NCBI GenBank assembly: GCA_903928115.1
Contig: CAIYPP010000074.1
Location: forward strand, 1-64,000
Length of the DNA: 64,000 nucleotides
Origin: an uncultured Planctomycetota bacterium
GTDB taxonomy: Bacteria > Planctomycetota > UBA1135 > GCA-002686595
Direction: 5' to 3'
Of this stretch, positions 10,361-20,007 are shown piece by piece. A program made the position numbers and the translations under genes. The notes under the pieces were generated by a model. That model had not been told where the DNA came from. It made no database searches and saw only the letters and a list, made by a program, of their open reading frames with translations. Position 1 is the stretch's first letter. Each line of letters starts with the position of its first letter.

Positions 10361-11653
10361 ATGAGCACTCCCGCCTTCACCCAGGAAGTCCGCTACGCGC
10401 CCGAGCCGGTGCGCGTCTCGCGCTCGCGTCCCTTCAGCGCGCTCGAGCGCTTCGCGCGCACTCAGCTCTGCCAGCGTCTCGCGGGGATCCGCTGGGGGCG
10501 CCTCGTGCTGCGCGACGCCCTCGGTTCGCAGGTGTTCGGCGGCGCGGAGGGGCCGAGCGCGACCATCGAGGTGCACGACGGCGAGCTGTACCTCGACATC
10601 GCCAAGCAGGGCAGCGTCGGTGCGGGCGAGGCCTACGCGCACGGCGCGTGGTCGACCGACGACCTCACCCACGTGATCCGCATTCTCGTGCGCAATCGCG
10701 ACGTGCTGCAGGGAATGGAGAAGGGCTTCGCGCGACTCGGCAGCTCGGCGCTACGAATTTGGCACTCGCGCCGCGACAACACGCGCGCGGGATCGCGCGA
10801 GAACATCGCGGCGCACTACGACCTCGGCAACGAGTTCTACGAGCTGTGGCTCGACGAGACGATGATGTACTCGTGCGCGGCGTTCGAGCGCGCGGACATG
10901 ACGCTCCACGAAGCGCAGGTCGCGCGCTTGGACCGCATCTGCCGCAAGCTCGATCTCAAGCCGACGGACCACTTGCTCGAGATCGGCACGGGTTGGGGCG
11001 GGATGGCGCTCCATGCGGCGCGGGAGTTCGGCTGCCGCGTGACGACGACGACGATCTCGCGTCGTCAGCACGAAAAGGCGGTCGAGCGCGTGCGCGCGGC
11101 GGGGCTCGAAGACCGCGTGACGGTGCTCTTCGAGGACTACCGCGATCTCCAAGGTCGCTTCGACAAGCTCGTGTCGCTCGAGATGATCGAGGCGGTCGGC
11201 GAGCGCTGGTACGACACGTACTTCACCAAGTGCTCGGATCTGCTCGCGCCGAACGGGCTCATGCTCCTGCAGGCGATCACGATCCGTGACTCGCTCTACG
11301 AGGAGGCTCTGCGCTCGGTCGACTTCATCCAGCGCTTCATCTTCCCCGGCAGCTGCATTCCGTCGACGGCGGCGATCATGGACCGTGTGGCGCGCGTCAC
11401 CGACATGAACCTGTTCCATCTCGAAGACATCGGGCCGCACTATGCGCCGACGCTGCGGATGTGGCGCGAGAACATGGCGCGCAATGCGGAGCAGATTCGC
11501 GCGCTCGGCTACAGCGAAGAGTTCCTGCGCATGTGGGAGTTCTACCTCTGCTACTGCGAGGGCGGCTTCGAGGAGCGCTCGATCCAAGACGTGCAGATGC
11601 TGCTGGCCAAGCCGGAAAATCGGCGCAATCCTCTGCTTCCGAACCTGCGCTGA
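10361..11653 (+). CDS. cfa: Cyclopropane-fatty-acyl-phospholipid synthase family methyltransferase (full-length paralog)
   Basis: 430 aa. NIAAHYDLGNEFYELWLDETMMYSCAAF matches the canonical Cfa block, LLEIGTGWGGMALHAA is the SAM motif, and EFYLCYCEGGFEERSIQDVQMLLAKP is the C-terminal Cfa block. There is an AGGAA SD upstream. Confidence 0.85.
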   Translation: MSTPAFTQEVRYAPEPVRVSRSRPFSALERFARTQLCQRLAGIRWGRLVLRDALGSQVFGGAEGPSATIEVHDGELYLDIAKQGSVGAGEAYAHGAWSTDDLTHVIRILVRNRDVLQGMEKGFARLGSSALRIWHSRRDNTRAGSRENIAAHYDLGNEFYELWLDETMMYSCAAFERADMTLHEAQVARLDRICRKLDLKPTDHLLEIGTGWGGMALHAAREFGCRVTTTTISRRQHEKAVERVRAAGLEDRVTVLFEDYRDLQGRFDKLVSLEMIEAVGERWYDTYFTKCSDLLAPNGLMLLQAITIRDSLYEEALRSVDFIQRFIFPGSCIPSTAAIMDRVARVTDMNLFHLEDIGPHYAPTLRMWRENMARNAEQIRALGYSEEFLRMWEFYLCYCEGGFEERSIQDVQMLLAKPENRRNPLLPNLR

Positions 11654-11664
11654 GGCGAGCTCGC

Positions 11665-12207
11665 GTGAGCAAGCTCACGAACTTCATCGCATTCCAAGTC
11701 TGCTGGTTCGCGTGCGTGCTCGGCGCGGCGAAGGACATGGAGTGGATCGGGCCGCTCTCGGTGGCGCTCTTTCTCGCGTGGTCGCTGACGCTCGTCGCGA
11801 GCGCGAAGCGCGAGCTCACAGCGCTCGCGGCGGCCGCTGTGCTCGGCACGTTCGTCGACACCGTGCAGCTCCAGATGGGCTGGCTCGAGTATCAGGGCGC
11901 TCCGCTCCTCGGGGTGCTCGCGCCGAGTTGGATCGTCGCGCTGTGGGTTGTGTTTGCGATGACCTTCGACAGCTCGCTCGCCTGGCTGACACGGAGGCGC
12001 GCGTGGTTTTCGGCCTTCGGCGCGATCGGTGCGCCGTTTTCGTACTGGGGCGGTGTGAGATTGGGCGCGGTCGAGTTCGGGGACCCGCTCTGGCCCTCGA
12101 TCGCAGGCATTTCCGTGTGCTGGGGCAGCGCCCTGCCGCTCGCGGCGTGGCTGGTCGAGCGGCTTCGGAGAGCTCCGAGCGGGAAAATCGAGGCGCAGCC
12201 TCACTAG
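11665..12207 (+). CDS. DUF2878 family small membrane protein
   Basis: GTG start at 11665, 180 aa, four predicted TM helices. It is the last gene of the lipid cassette, the same position DUF2878 takes in comparable clusters. Confidence 0.6.
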   Translation: MSKLTNFIAFQVCWFACVLGAAKDMEWIGPLSVALFLAWSLTLVASAKRELTALAAAAVLGTFVDTVQLQMGWLEYQGAPLLGVLAPSWIVALWVVFAMTFDSSLAWLTRRRAWFSAFGAIGAPFSYWGGVRLGAVEFGDPLWPSIAGISVCWGSALPLAAWLVERLRRAPSGKIEAQPH

Positions 12208-12217
12208 AATCCGGCGC

Positions 12218-13291
12218 ATGCCGCGCCGACGCCGCCAGCACGGGTTGCCCACCAATCCGGGGATGAGCCCTGGATCGCTCGTGATCCCCGAGGGCGCGCC
12301 GAAGCCGCGTGTGCGCGTCATGCGCTACGACGCGGGCAACATCGAAGCGCGCGACCATGTCTCGCGCGCGGAGCTGCTGCGGCTCGCAGAGGCCCCCGAG
12401 GTGACGTGGATCGACGTCGAAGGCTACGGGGACCACGAGCTGTTCGAGTTTCTCGGACACAAGCTCGGCGTGCCCCGCCTTGCGCTCGAGGACGTGCTCG
12501 GCAACAGCTCGCGTCCCAAGGTCGAGGTCTTCGGCGATTCGCTCTTCATCGTCGCCCGTGCGATGAAGCAGGGCGAACACCCCGAGTCGGAGCAGATCTC
12601 GATCTTCGTGCGCGGAACGACCGTGATCACGTTCACGGACGAGCCGCTCGATTTGCTCGCGCCCCTGCGCACACGGTTGCACGATCCGGAGAGCGCGACG
12701 CGACGCAGCGGCGTCGACTTCTTGGCCTATCGCATCCTCGACTGCGTGGTTGATACGTATACGCCGTGCTTGGAGCACCTCGGCACGCGGCTCGATGCCG
12801 TCGAAGCCGAGGCGATCGCGAAGCCGTCGTCGAAGCCACTCACGACCCTGTACCTCTTGATGCGAGACCTGCGGCAGCTCGCGCGCATCGCGCTGCCGAT
12901 GCGCGAGCTCGCGGTCGCACTCGGGCACGAGGCGCGGGGCTTCTTCCGGGCCGAGACGCTCCCCTTCCTCGCGGATCTGCGCGAGCACACACAGTCGGTG
13001 GTGGAGCTCACGGGTCACTATCGCGATCTCGGCACCGACGTGCGCGAGCTCATCCACGGCGCGCTGAACCTGCGCATGAACCAGGTCATGCGCTTCATGA
13101 CCGCGGTGACAGCCGTGTTCATTCCGCTCTCGTTCGTGACGGGGCTCTATGGAATGAACTTCGAGAACATTCCCGAGACACGGTGGCCGTACGGGTACTT
13201 CCTCACGCTCGGGCTGCTCGCGAGCATCGCGCTGTTCACGCTGCGCTGGCTGCGCGCGCAAGGCTGGACGAGGGTCAACGAGGACGAGTAG
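12218..13291 (+). CDS. corA: Magnesium/cobalt transporter CorA
   Basis: C-terminal GLYGMNFENIPE (the GMN motif) plus two TM helices. 357 aa; an alternative start exists at 12263. Confidence 0.85.
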   Translation: MPRRRRQHGLPTNPGMSPGSLVIPEGAPKPRVRVMRYDAGNIEARDHVSRAELLRLAEAPEVTWIDVEGYGDHELFEFLGHKLGVPRLALEDVLGNSSRPKVEVFGDSLFIVARAMKQGEHPESEQISIFVRGTTVITFTDEPLDLLAPLRTRLHDPESATRRSGVDFLAYRILDCVVDTYTPCLEHLGTRLDAVEAEAIAKPSSKPLTTLYLLMRDLRQLARIALPMRELAVALGHEARGFFRAETLPFLADLREHTQSVVELTGHYRDLGTDVRELIHGALNLRMNQVMRFMTAVTAVFIPLSFVTGLYGMNFENIPETRWPYGYFLTLGLLASIALFTLRWLRAQGWTRVNEDE

Positions 13292-13324
13292 TCGCCGGTG
13301 CGGCGGACTCGGACGGGGATCAGC

Positions 13325-16300
13325 ATGAATGGCGCGAGCGAAGGGACGCCTGTGCGCGGGGCGCGGAGGCGCTGGCTGCTGCGCGTGCTCGGCGCGGGGC
13401 TCGTGCTGTTCGCCGCGCTCGTGCTCCTGCGGAATCGCGTGCTGGCTCCTTGGATCGTCGAGGAGCTCGCGCGCCGCGTCGAAGCCGAGCACGGAGTCCG
13501 GCTGAGCGTTCAGCGCGTTTCGGGGGACTGGATTTCCTCTCTCGAACTCGAGGATGTCCAGCTCGCGGGCGTCGAGGTGCCGTGGAGGATCGAGCTCGAA
13601 GATGTGCGACTCGAGTACGACCTGCGCGGCGTCTTGAGCGGCGAGCTCGAAGCGCTCGAGGAAGTTCGAGTGACGTACGCGCGAGTGGAAGCGGATCTCG
13701 GCGTGGCTGCGGCGGAAGACGGGGCCTCGGTCCGCGCGCCGCAGGCCGACTTCGAGATCGTGCGACGGTGGCCTTCGATCACGGTCGAGCGAGTTGAGAT
13801 CGAGTTGGGACTCGACGCGGAACGCCGCGTGAGCGCTCGCGGAGGAGCCGTGGAACTGCGAGACGCGAGGCTCGCTCTCACCGTTCCGAGGCTCGAGCTC
13901 GCTGGAGCTTGGCCGGAGGGGCTGCGGCAGTTCTCGCTCGACGCCGTCGTCACGGCGGAGGACTCCGGGATTCGCATCGAGAGACTCGAGCTCGGCGGCG
14001 ACCTGGCGGTGCGGACGCAGTCGGGCGTCGTTCGATGGTCCGACGCGCGCATGGAAGCGCAGTGGAGCGGCTGGGCCGCGGAGCTTCGCGCGTCCTTCTC
14101 TCTCGCCAGCGCGCGGGGCGATCACGAGCTGCGCTGGGAGGTGGCGGACGTCGATCTCGAGCGCCTTTCGCGCCAAATTCCCGCACTGCAGGAACTCGGT
14201 CTCGAAGGACGGCTCGATGCCGTTGGCCACACCGTCTTCGATCGAGAGGGCGTGTGGAGTGAGGGGGAGCTCCGCGCCGAGAGCCTGTGCGTCGGCGAGC
14301 GAATGCTCGACGGACTCGACGCGCAGCTCGTGCTCCTACCGGACAGCGTCGAGCTACCCCGGCTCAGCGCGCGACAGAACGTCAACTTCCTCTGGGCACA
14401 GGGCATCTCGGCGCCGTTGGGAGCGGATAGCCTCCTCGAGCTGGTCGCTGCGTCGCGCGGAGAGCTCGAGCTCATCGTCCATGACGTTCGCGAGCTCTGG
14501 GGAGAAGCCGATGGCGAGCTCCCTCCACACAGAGCGTCGCTGTCGGGAACGCTCAGCGAGGGCGGCCTGCGCATCGAGCGCGGGCGACTCGACACGCAGC
14601 GCGGGCGCATGGTGTTGCGCCGTGGCCGCGTCGAGTGGCGCGATCCACTCGAACAGAGCGAGCTTTCGGTCGAGGGCGACTTGAGCTTCCCGAACCTCGC
14701 CGAGCTCGGCTCCTTGATCGACACGCGCGAGTGGTCGGGCCGCATGGTCGGCACGTTGGACGTCTCTGGTGCTCTCCGTGCGCCCGAAGGGCGTTTGGAG
14801 CTCCGCGGTCAGGACGTCGTTGCCTCCGGCTTCGAGTTGGGGAGCGTCGACGTTCGCGCGCGAGTCGAAGGTACGCGGGTCGAGCTTGCCGCGCTGCGAA
14901 CGTCGGGACCTCTCGGCGCGTTGCTCGCAAACGGCGTGTTGGACTGGCGCGCCCGCGAGGTTTTGCGCAGCGAGCTGTCGCTGGAGACTCAACGCGCGGA
15001 AACTCTGTTGCCGCGATGGCTCACGCGGGGTGCCGTCGCCATCGACGCGCGCCTTTCGGGTCCTTTCGACGCACTCGCAGGACCGATCGAGCTTCGTGCT
15101 CACGACGTCGGAACGCTCGACGGAATGGAGCTCGACCGCTTGGAGCTGCGCTGCGATGCCAGCGCGGACCGGTTCCGCGTGGAGAACTTGCGGGCCGTCG
15201 CGCGGGGCGTTTCGGCGTGGGCGAGCGGGAGTGTCGTGCACGAGCGCCTCGCGGCGCCGTGGCTCGTCGAGCTCGAAACTGCGCTGCTCGAGCGCGAGGG
15301 CGTGGCGCTGGTGCTCGAGCGTCCCGCCGCTGCCGAGGTCGGTGCGGACTTCTTGAGTGCGCCCTCGCTGGTGTTCGCAGGGCTCAAGGGGGAAGTCGAG
15401 CTTGCGCTCGCGCGAGCTGCGGAGCGTCTTGAAGTGGACCTGCGCTTCGATGACGTCGAGCCCATGCCGCTCTTGGCGGCCGTGGCGCCGCGCGGCATCT
15501 CCGTGGGAGACGTCGACGGCAGACTTTCGTTGCGTCGCGGCATCGATGGCTACGAGTTCGTCGGCGATCTTCGCGCGCAGCGGCTGGAGCTTGGCCCCGG
15601 CTGGCCGGAGATGGCGCTCGAGCTCACCGCGCGCGCGTCCGGCGAGCGCGCCGTTGTCGAGCGCCTGCGACTCGAGTCCAACGACGGAATCGCGCTGAAG
15701 GCCGAGGGGGACGTGCCGTTCGACGCGCAGGAGCCGTGGCGAGCGGGCGAGGGGCCGTTGCAGCTCGCCGCGGAGCTGCGCGTCGGCGATGCGCGGGCCC
15801 TGCCCTGGGAGACGCTCGGCCTGCCCGGACCGATGGGCGGCGAGTTCGTCGCGCGCTCGCGCATCGCCGGCAAAGTGCCGGACCTGCGCGGCTTCGTGGA
15901 ATGCGAGGGACGCGGACTCTCACTCGCCCCGCTCGCGGATGGCGGAGTCGTCACCACGCTCGGCATCGGCGAGGGCGAGCTTTCGCTGCGGCTCCTCCTC
16001 GATGGCGCGATGAGCGTGGAGCGCGCCACGCTGAAGGCCAAGCCGGGCATTGCGCTCGACCTCTCGGGCCGCTTGCTCTCGCGAGAAGCGCTCGTTCAGT
16101 GGTGGGAGAGTGAGCGGGTGCCTTGGAGCCAGGCCGATGCGGATCTGCGCGCCCATTGGTCGGTGGAGGACCTCGGCGTGCTCGCGGCGCTCGCGCCGGA
16201 GCTGCGGCGCACGGGAGGCGCGACGCAAGGCTCGCTGGAGCTCCGCGGCGGACTCGATGCGCCGCGTGTGAACGGGGACGCGACGCTTTCGCGCGGCGAG

Positions 16301-17359
16301 CTGCGCTTGGAGAGCGGATTTCCGCCGCTGCAGGCCATCGAGGGCTCGTTCGTGCTGGAGGATAGTCAGCTGCGGGTCGAGCGCCTGCGGGGCGAGCTCG
16401 GCGCGGGGCCTTTCGAGATCTCGGGCCGTGTCCGTGTCGCGCGAAATCCCGTCTTTGAGCTAGAGCTCGTCGGTCGGGAATTGCTCGTCGTGCAGCAGCG
16501 CGAGCTGCGCGTTCGCGCCGATGCGGAGCTCTCGCTCACCGGGCCGCTCGACGCGCTCGTGCTGCGCGGCGAGCTAGCGCCGCGGGACAGCCGCTGGTCG
16601 CGCAACTTCGATTGGTTCCGACCGCGCTCGCGCTCCGGCCCTGGTCGGGACGCGTCGGTCCCGCTCTTCAGCGTCGCGCACGGACCACTCTCGAGCTTGC
16701 GCTTCGACCTACGCCTGCGCAACGGCGAGCCGTTCCGAGTCGACAGCAACGTTGCGCGCGGATCGCTGCGGCCCAACCTCGCGCTGACTGGCACGGGTCG
16801 CGCGCCAGTTCTCACGGGCGCGCTGTTCCTCGATCCGACCTCGATTCCGCTGCCCGCCGCGACTCTCGAACTGCGCTCGGGCACGCTCGCACTGGATCGG
16901 CGCGACCCGCTCGATCCGACACTCGACTTTTCGATGTCGACGCGTGTGCGAGGGTACGACGTGCAGGTGCGCGTGGCCGGCCGCTATTCCGAGCCGGAGC
17001 TCGAGCTCTCGTCGAGGCCGCCGCTTTCGAGCGAGGACATCCTCTTGCTGCTGCTGACCGGTCGCGCTCCGGGGGCCGCGCTCGCGGGGGATGACGCGGT
17101 CGACGCAGCGGAGACCGTGATCGTCTATCTCGGCAAGGACCTGCTCTCGCGGCTCTTCGAAGGCGAAGGCTCGATGATGGAGCGCGTCGAGGTGCAGACC
17201 GGCGCGGACGTCACACAGAACGGCGGCTCGACGGCGCAGGTGCGGATACGCGTCCACGGCAAGGCCGAGGGCGAGGGGCGCGCGATCTACCTGCGCGGCG
17301 AGCGGGACATCTACGAGCGCATCAACTTTGGCGTCCGTTTCGTGATGAGGCTGCGCTGA
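13325..17359 (+). CDS. tamB: Translocation/assembly module TamB-like protein (DUF490 C-terminus)
   Basis: About 1340 aa. It has an N-terminal signal-anchor (WLLRVLGAGLVLFAALVLL), a long beta-rich repeat body, and a C-terminus typical of DUF490. An alternative GTG start lies at 13298. Confidence 0.75.
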   Translation: MNGASEGTPVRGARRRWLLRVLGAGLVLFAALVLLRNRVLAPWIVEELARRVEAEHGVRLSVQRVSGDWISSLELEDVQLAGVEVPWRIELEDVRLEYDLRGVLSGELEALEEVRVTYARVEADLGVAAAEDGASVRAPQADFEIVRRWPSITVERVEIELGLDAERRVSARGGAVELRDARLALTVPRLELAGAWPEGLRQFSLDAVVTAEDSGIRIERLELGGDLAVRTQSGVVRWSDARMEAQWSGWAAELRASFSLASARGDHELRWEVADVDLERLSRQIPALQELGLEGRLDAVGHTVFDREGVWSEGELRAESLCVGERMLDGLDAQLVLLPDSVELPRLSARQNVNFLWAQGISAPLGADSLLELVAASRGELELIVHDVRELWGEADGELPPHRASLSGTLSEGGLRIERGRLDTQRGRMVLRRGRVEWRDPLEQSELSVEGDLSFPNLAELGSLIDTREWSGRMVGTLDVSGALRAPEGRLELRGQDVVASGFELGSVDVRARVEGTRVELAALRTSGPLGALLANGVLDWRAREVLRSELSLETQRAETLLPRWLTRGAVAIDARLSGPFDALAGPIELRAHDVGTLDGMELDRLELRCDASADRFRVENLRAVARGVSAWASGSVVHERLAAPWLVELETALLEREGVALVLERPAAAEVGADFLSAPSLVFAGLKGEVELALARAAERLEVDLRFDDVEPMPLLAAVAPRGISVGDVDGRLSLRRGIDGYEFVGDLRAQRLELGPGWPEMALELTARASGERAVVERLRLESNDGIALKAEGDVPFDAQEPWRAGEGPLQLAAELRVGDARALPWETLGLPGPMGGEFVARSRIAGKVPDLRGFVECEGRGLSLAPLADGGVVTTLGIGEGELSLRLLLDGAMSVERATLKAKPGIALDLSGRLLSREALVQWWESERVPWSQADADLRAHWSVEDLGVLAALAPELRRTGGATQGSLELRGGLDAPRVNGDATLSRGELRLESGFPPLQAIEGSFVLEDSQLRVERLRGELGAGPFEISGRVRVARNPVFELELVGRELLVVQQRELRVRADAELSLTGPLDALVLRGELAPRDSRWSRNFDWFRPRSRSGPGRDASVPLFSVAHGPLSSLRFDLRLRNGEPFRVDSNVARGSLRPNLALTGTGRAPVLTGALFLDPTSIPLPAATLELRSGTLALDRRDPLDPTLDFSMSTRVRGYDVQVRVAGRYSEPELELSSRPPLSSEDILLLLLTGRAPGAALAGDDAVDAAETVIVYLGKDLLSRLFEGEGSMMERVEVQTGADVTQNGGSTAQVRIRVHGKAEGEGRAIYLRGERDIYERINFGVRFVMRLR

Positions 17360-19398
17360 TGCAGCTCCGCCGCGTAGGTTGGACGATCGTGCTCGCGCTG
17401 TTTGCGGCGTGCGCTGCTGTCACGTCGACAGGCACGGGTACGTCCGAACTCGAGGTCCGCATGGAGGGCGCGCGCACCTTCACTCCGCGCGACTTGCGCG
17501 AGGAAATCGAGCTCGACCTCGCGGACCTTCCGACGCGCTCTCAGCCACGCTCGGCGGTCGACGATGCGGCGTACACGCTCGTCGAGCACTACCGCTCTCA
17601 AGGATTTCCTGCCTGCTCCGTTCAGTACGAGCTGCAGGAGCTCGCCGGTCCGCGAAGGATCGTCGTGTTTCGCATCACCGAGGGATCGCGCGCTCGTCTG
17701 GCGGGCGTTCGTATCGAGGGTTGCACGCGGCTGAAGGCAAGCGAGCTGCTCTCGGCAGCCGCGCTCACAGGCTTGGAGCGTGCGGGACCGCCGCGTTGGT
17801 ATGTGGAGCGCGAGCTCTCCGACGCCACACGCGCCATGGAGGGGGAAGCGGCTTCTCGCGGCTATCTCGACGCGCGCTTTACGGCCGTCGAGCTCGATTG
17901 GAACGAAGCGCGGACTGAGGTGCGTGCGCTGCTCAAGTTCGAGGAGGGACCGCGCTACACGATCGCTGCGGGACCGCGGCTCGTCGGTGGCATTCCCGAC
18001 GTCGACGCGCGGCTCGACATCGCGTCGTGGGCGGGGCGAGCGCTCACGCCGAGAGCTCCGCTCGACCTCCGCGCTCGCGTCGAGGAGCAGTACTTGCAGA
18101 ATGGCTATCCGGACGTCGAAGTCGAGCTCACGGAGTTGCCGCCGGATGCGGAGGCGCGCGTGGCGCTCGAGTTCAACATCCAGCCAGGCCCGCGGGTGAC
18201 GATCGCCTCGATCCAAGCGCGGGGCAACGAGAAGACTCGCACGCGTCACGTGCTCGAACTGCTCACGATCCGCAGGGGCGATCGCTACGACGTCCGCGAG
18301 ATCCGCGCTTCGTTCCAGCGGCTCAACCGCAGCGGGCTGTTCCGTCGTGTCGAGCTGTCGCTGGAGCCGGGAGCGGCGTCGGAGCGCGCCTTGATCGTCG
18401 AGGTCGAGGAGGTGACGAGCACCGAGGTCTTCTTCGAGCCCGGCTACGGTTCGTACGAGGGCCTGCGCGCGCTCGCGGGCGTGCGCGAGACGAACCTCCT
18501 CGGCGCCGGTCGCACGCTCAGCCTCGACGGACTCATCGCCGAGCGCGCGAGTCGCGCGGTGTTCGGCGTCTCGGAGCCCCATGTCTTTGGAACCGACTAC
18601 GAGGCGGGTCTGTCGGTCTTCCGCGAGCTACGCGACGAGCCGTCGTACGACAAGGACGAGCTTGGCGTCGCGCTCGCGCTCTCGCGCGAGCTGCGGCCGA
18701 GGCTGCGGCTCTCGACCGAGTATCGCTTCCGCGCGTCGCGCGTGAGCGAGGTCGACGTCAGCGATCCGAGCGCGATCGCGCAGACCGAGAACGTGGACAT
18801 CTCCTCGCTCGCGCTGATCGGGAGCTGGGACCAGCGCGACAGTGTGTTCGTTCCGACGGAGGGCAATCTGCTGCGCGCTTCTCTGGAGTACGGCGACGCC
18901 GCGCTCGGCTCCGAGCTCGACTTCACGCGGCTGCGCGTGACCGAGACGTGGCTGACTTCGCTGCGCGAGGGCACGGTGCTGGCGCTCTCTTGGCGCATGG
19001 GCGTGATCGCGCCGCACGGAGATACCTCCGGCATTCCGCTTCAGGAGCGGTTCTTCAATGGCGGCGAGAACACGGTGCGCTCGTTCCGCGAGGACGAGCT
19101 GGGTCCCCGTGACCCGCAAGGCGTCCCGATCGGCGGCGAGGGCTTTCAGGTGCTGTCTGCAGAGCTGCGCCAGCGCATCAAGGGCTCGCTGGAAGGCGCG
19201 GGGTTTTGGGACGGTGGCACGCTGGCGACGCAGGCGCAGGACGTGCTGGCTGTCGACGACGTTCGACAGGCGCTCGGCCTCGGAGTGCGCTACCTCCTGC
19301 CCATCGGCCCGCTGCGACTCGACTGCGGCTGGAACCCGGCTCCGCGGGCCGGCGAGGACCGCTGGCGCGCACACTTTTCCGTCGGCATGGCGTTCTGA
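17359..19398 (+). CDS. Omp85 / BamA-TamA family outer membrane protein with POTRA domains
   Basis: 679 aa. It has a signal peptide and lipobox-like LFAAC. The C-terminal beta-barrel ends in FSVGMAF, a terminal aromatic residue. The start overlaps the tamB stop (TGATG). Confidence 0.8.
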   Translation: MQLRRVGWTIVLALFAACAAVTSTGTGTSELEVRMEGARTFTPRDLREEIELDLADLPTRSQPRSAVDDAAYTLVEHYRSQGFPACSVQYELQELAGPRRIVVFRITEGSRARLAGVRIEGCTRLKASELLSAAALTGLERAGPPRWYVERELSDATRAMEGEAASRGYLDARFTAVELDWNEARTEVRALLKFEEGPRYTIAAGPRLVGGIPDVDARLDIASWAGRALTPRAPLDLRARVEEQYLQNGYPDVEVELTELPPDAEARVALEFNIQPGPRVTIASIQARGNEKTRTRHVLELLTIRRGDRYDVREIRASFQRLNRSGLFRRVELSLEPGAASERALIVEVEEVTSTEVFFEPGYGSYEGLRALAGVRETNLLGAGRTLSLDGLIAERASRAVFGVSEPHVFGTDYEAGLSVFRELRDEPSYDKDELGVALALSRELRPRLRLSTEYRFRASRVSEVDVSDPSAIAQTENVDISSLALIGSWDQRDSVFVPTEGNLLRASLEYGDAALGSELDFTRLRVTETWLTSLREGTVLALSWRMGVIAPHGDTSGIPLQERFFNGGENTVRSFREDELGPRDPQGVPIGGEGFQVLSAELRQRIKGSLEGAGFWDGGTLATQAQDVLAVDDVRQALGLGVRYLLPIGPLRLDCGWNPAPRAGEDRWRAHFSVGMAF

Positions 19399-19452
19399 GA
19401 AGGCGCGCTCAAGGTCGCGTTCCCGCGCACCCGACTCGCGGTGTGGAGTTCC

Positions 19453-20007
19453 ATGCGTTCCCACCCCGCCACCGGCTGGTTCATCGCGTTCGTGGTGTCC
19501 GTCCTCGTCGCTTGCCTGAGCTTCGGCTCCGACGACACGGTCCGCGCCACGCGGCGCGCGCGCGTGTGGCGGCCGGAAGACGCGGGCTTCAGCCTGCGCG
19601 TCCCGCCGGGTTGGAGCGATTGGAGTGAGTCGCGACGCGACGGTGCGCTCGCGCTCGTGCGCGACCCGTCCGACCCGCTGGCCGGTGCGGTGGCGTTCCG
19701 TGTCGAGCCCGACTTCCACGGCTCGGTTGGCGCGGAATCGCTCGAGGAGTACGTGCGGCGTCTACCGCTCGAGCGCGGTCGAAGCGTCGTGCGCGTCGAG
19801 GAAGGCGCGATCGAGGGCCATGCCGTAGCCCGCATCGAGTGGGCGCTCGAGGAGGGCGCGGCGGAGGGGCTGCGCGGCTATGAGCTGGTGCTCGACCGCG
19901 GCAGCGCGGTGCTCGTCGTCGATGGGCGGGCGCGGACGAGCGACTGGCCGGATGTTGTCGAGGACGTCGCCGCAATGATGGCGAGCGTGCGACTCGCCGC
20001 GCGCTAG
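19453..20007 (+). CDS. Hypothetical lipoprotein
   Basis: Signal peptide with lipobox LVAC, and high GC3. No family recognised. Confidence 0.5.
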   Translation: MRSHPATGWFIAFVVSVLVACLSFGSDDTVRATRRARVWRPEDAGFSLRVPPGWSDWSESRRDGALALVRDPSDPLAGAVAFRVEPDFHGSVGAESLEEYVRRLPLERGRSVVRVEEGAIEGHAVARIEWALEEGAAEGLRGYELVLDRGSAVLVVDGRARTSDWPDVVEDVAAMMASVRLAAR

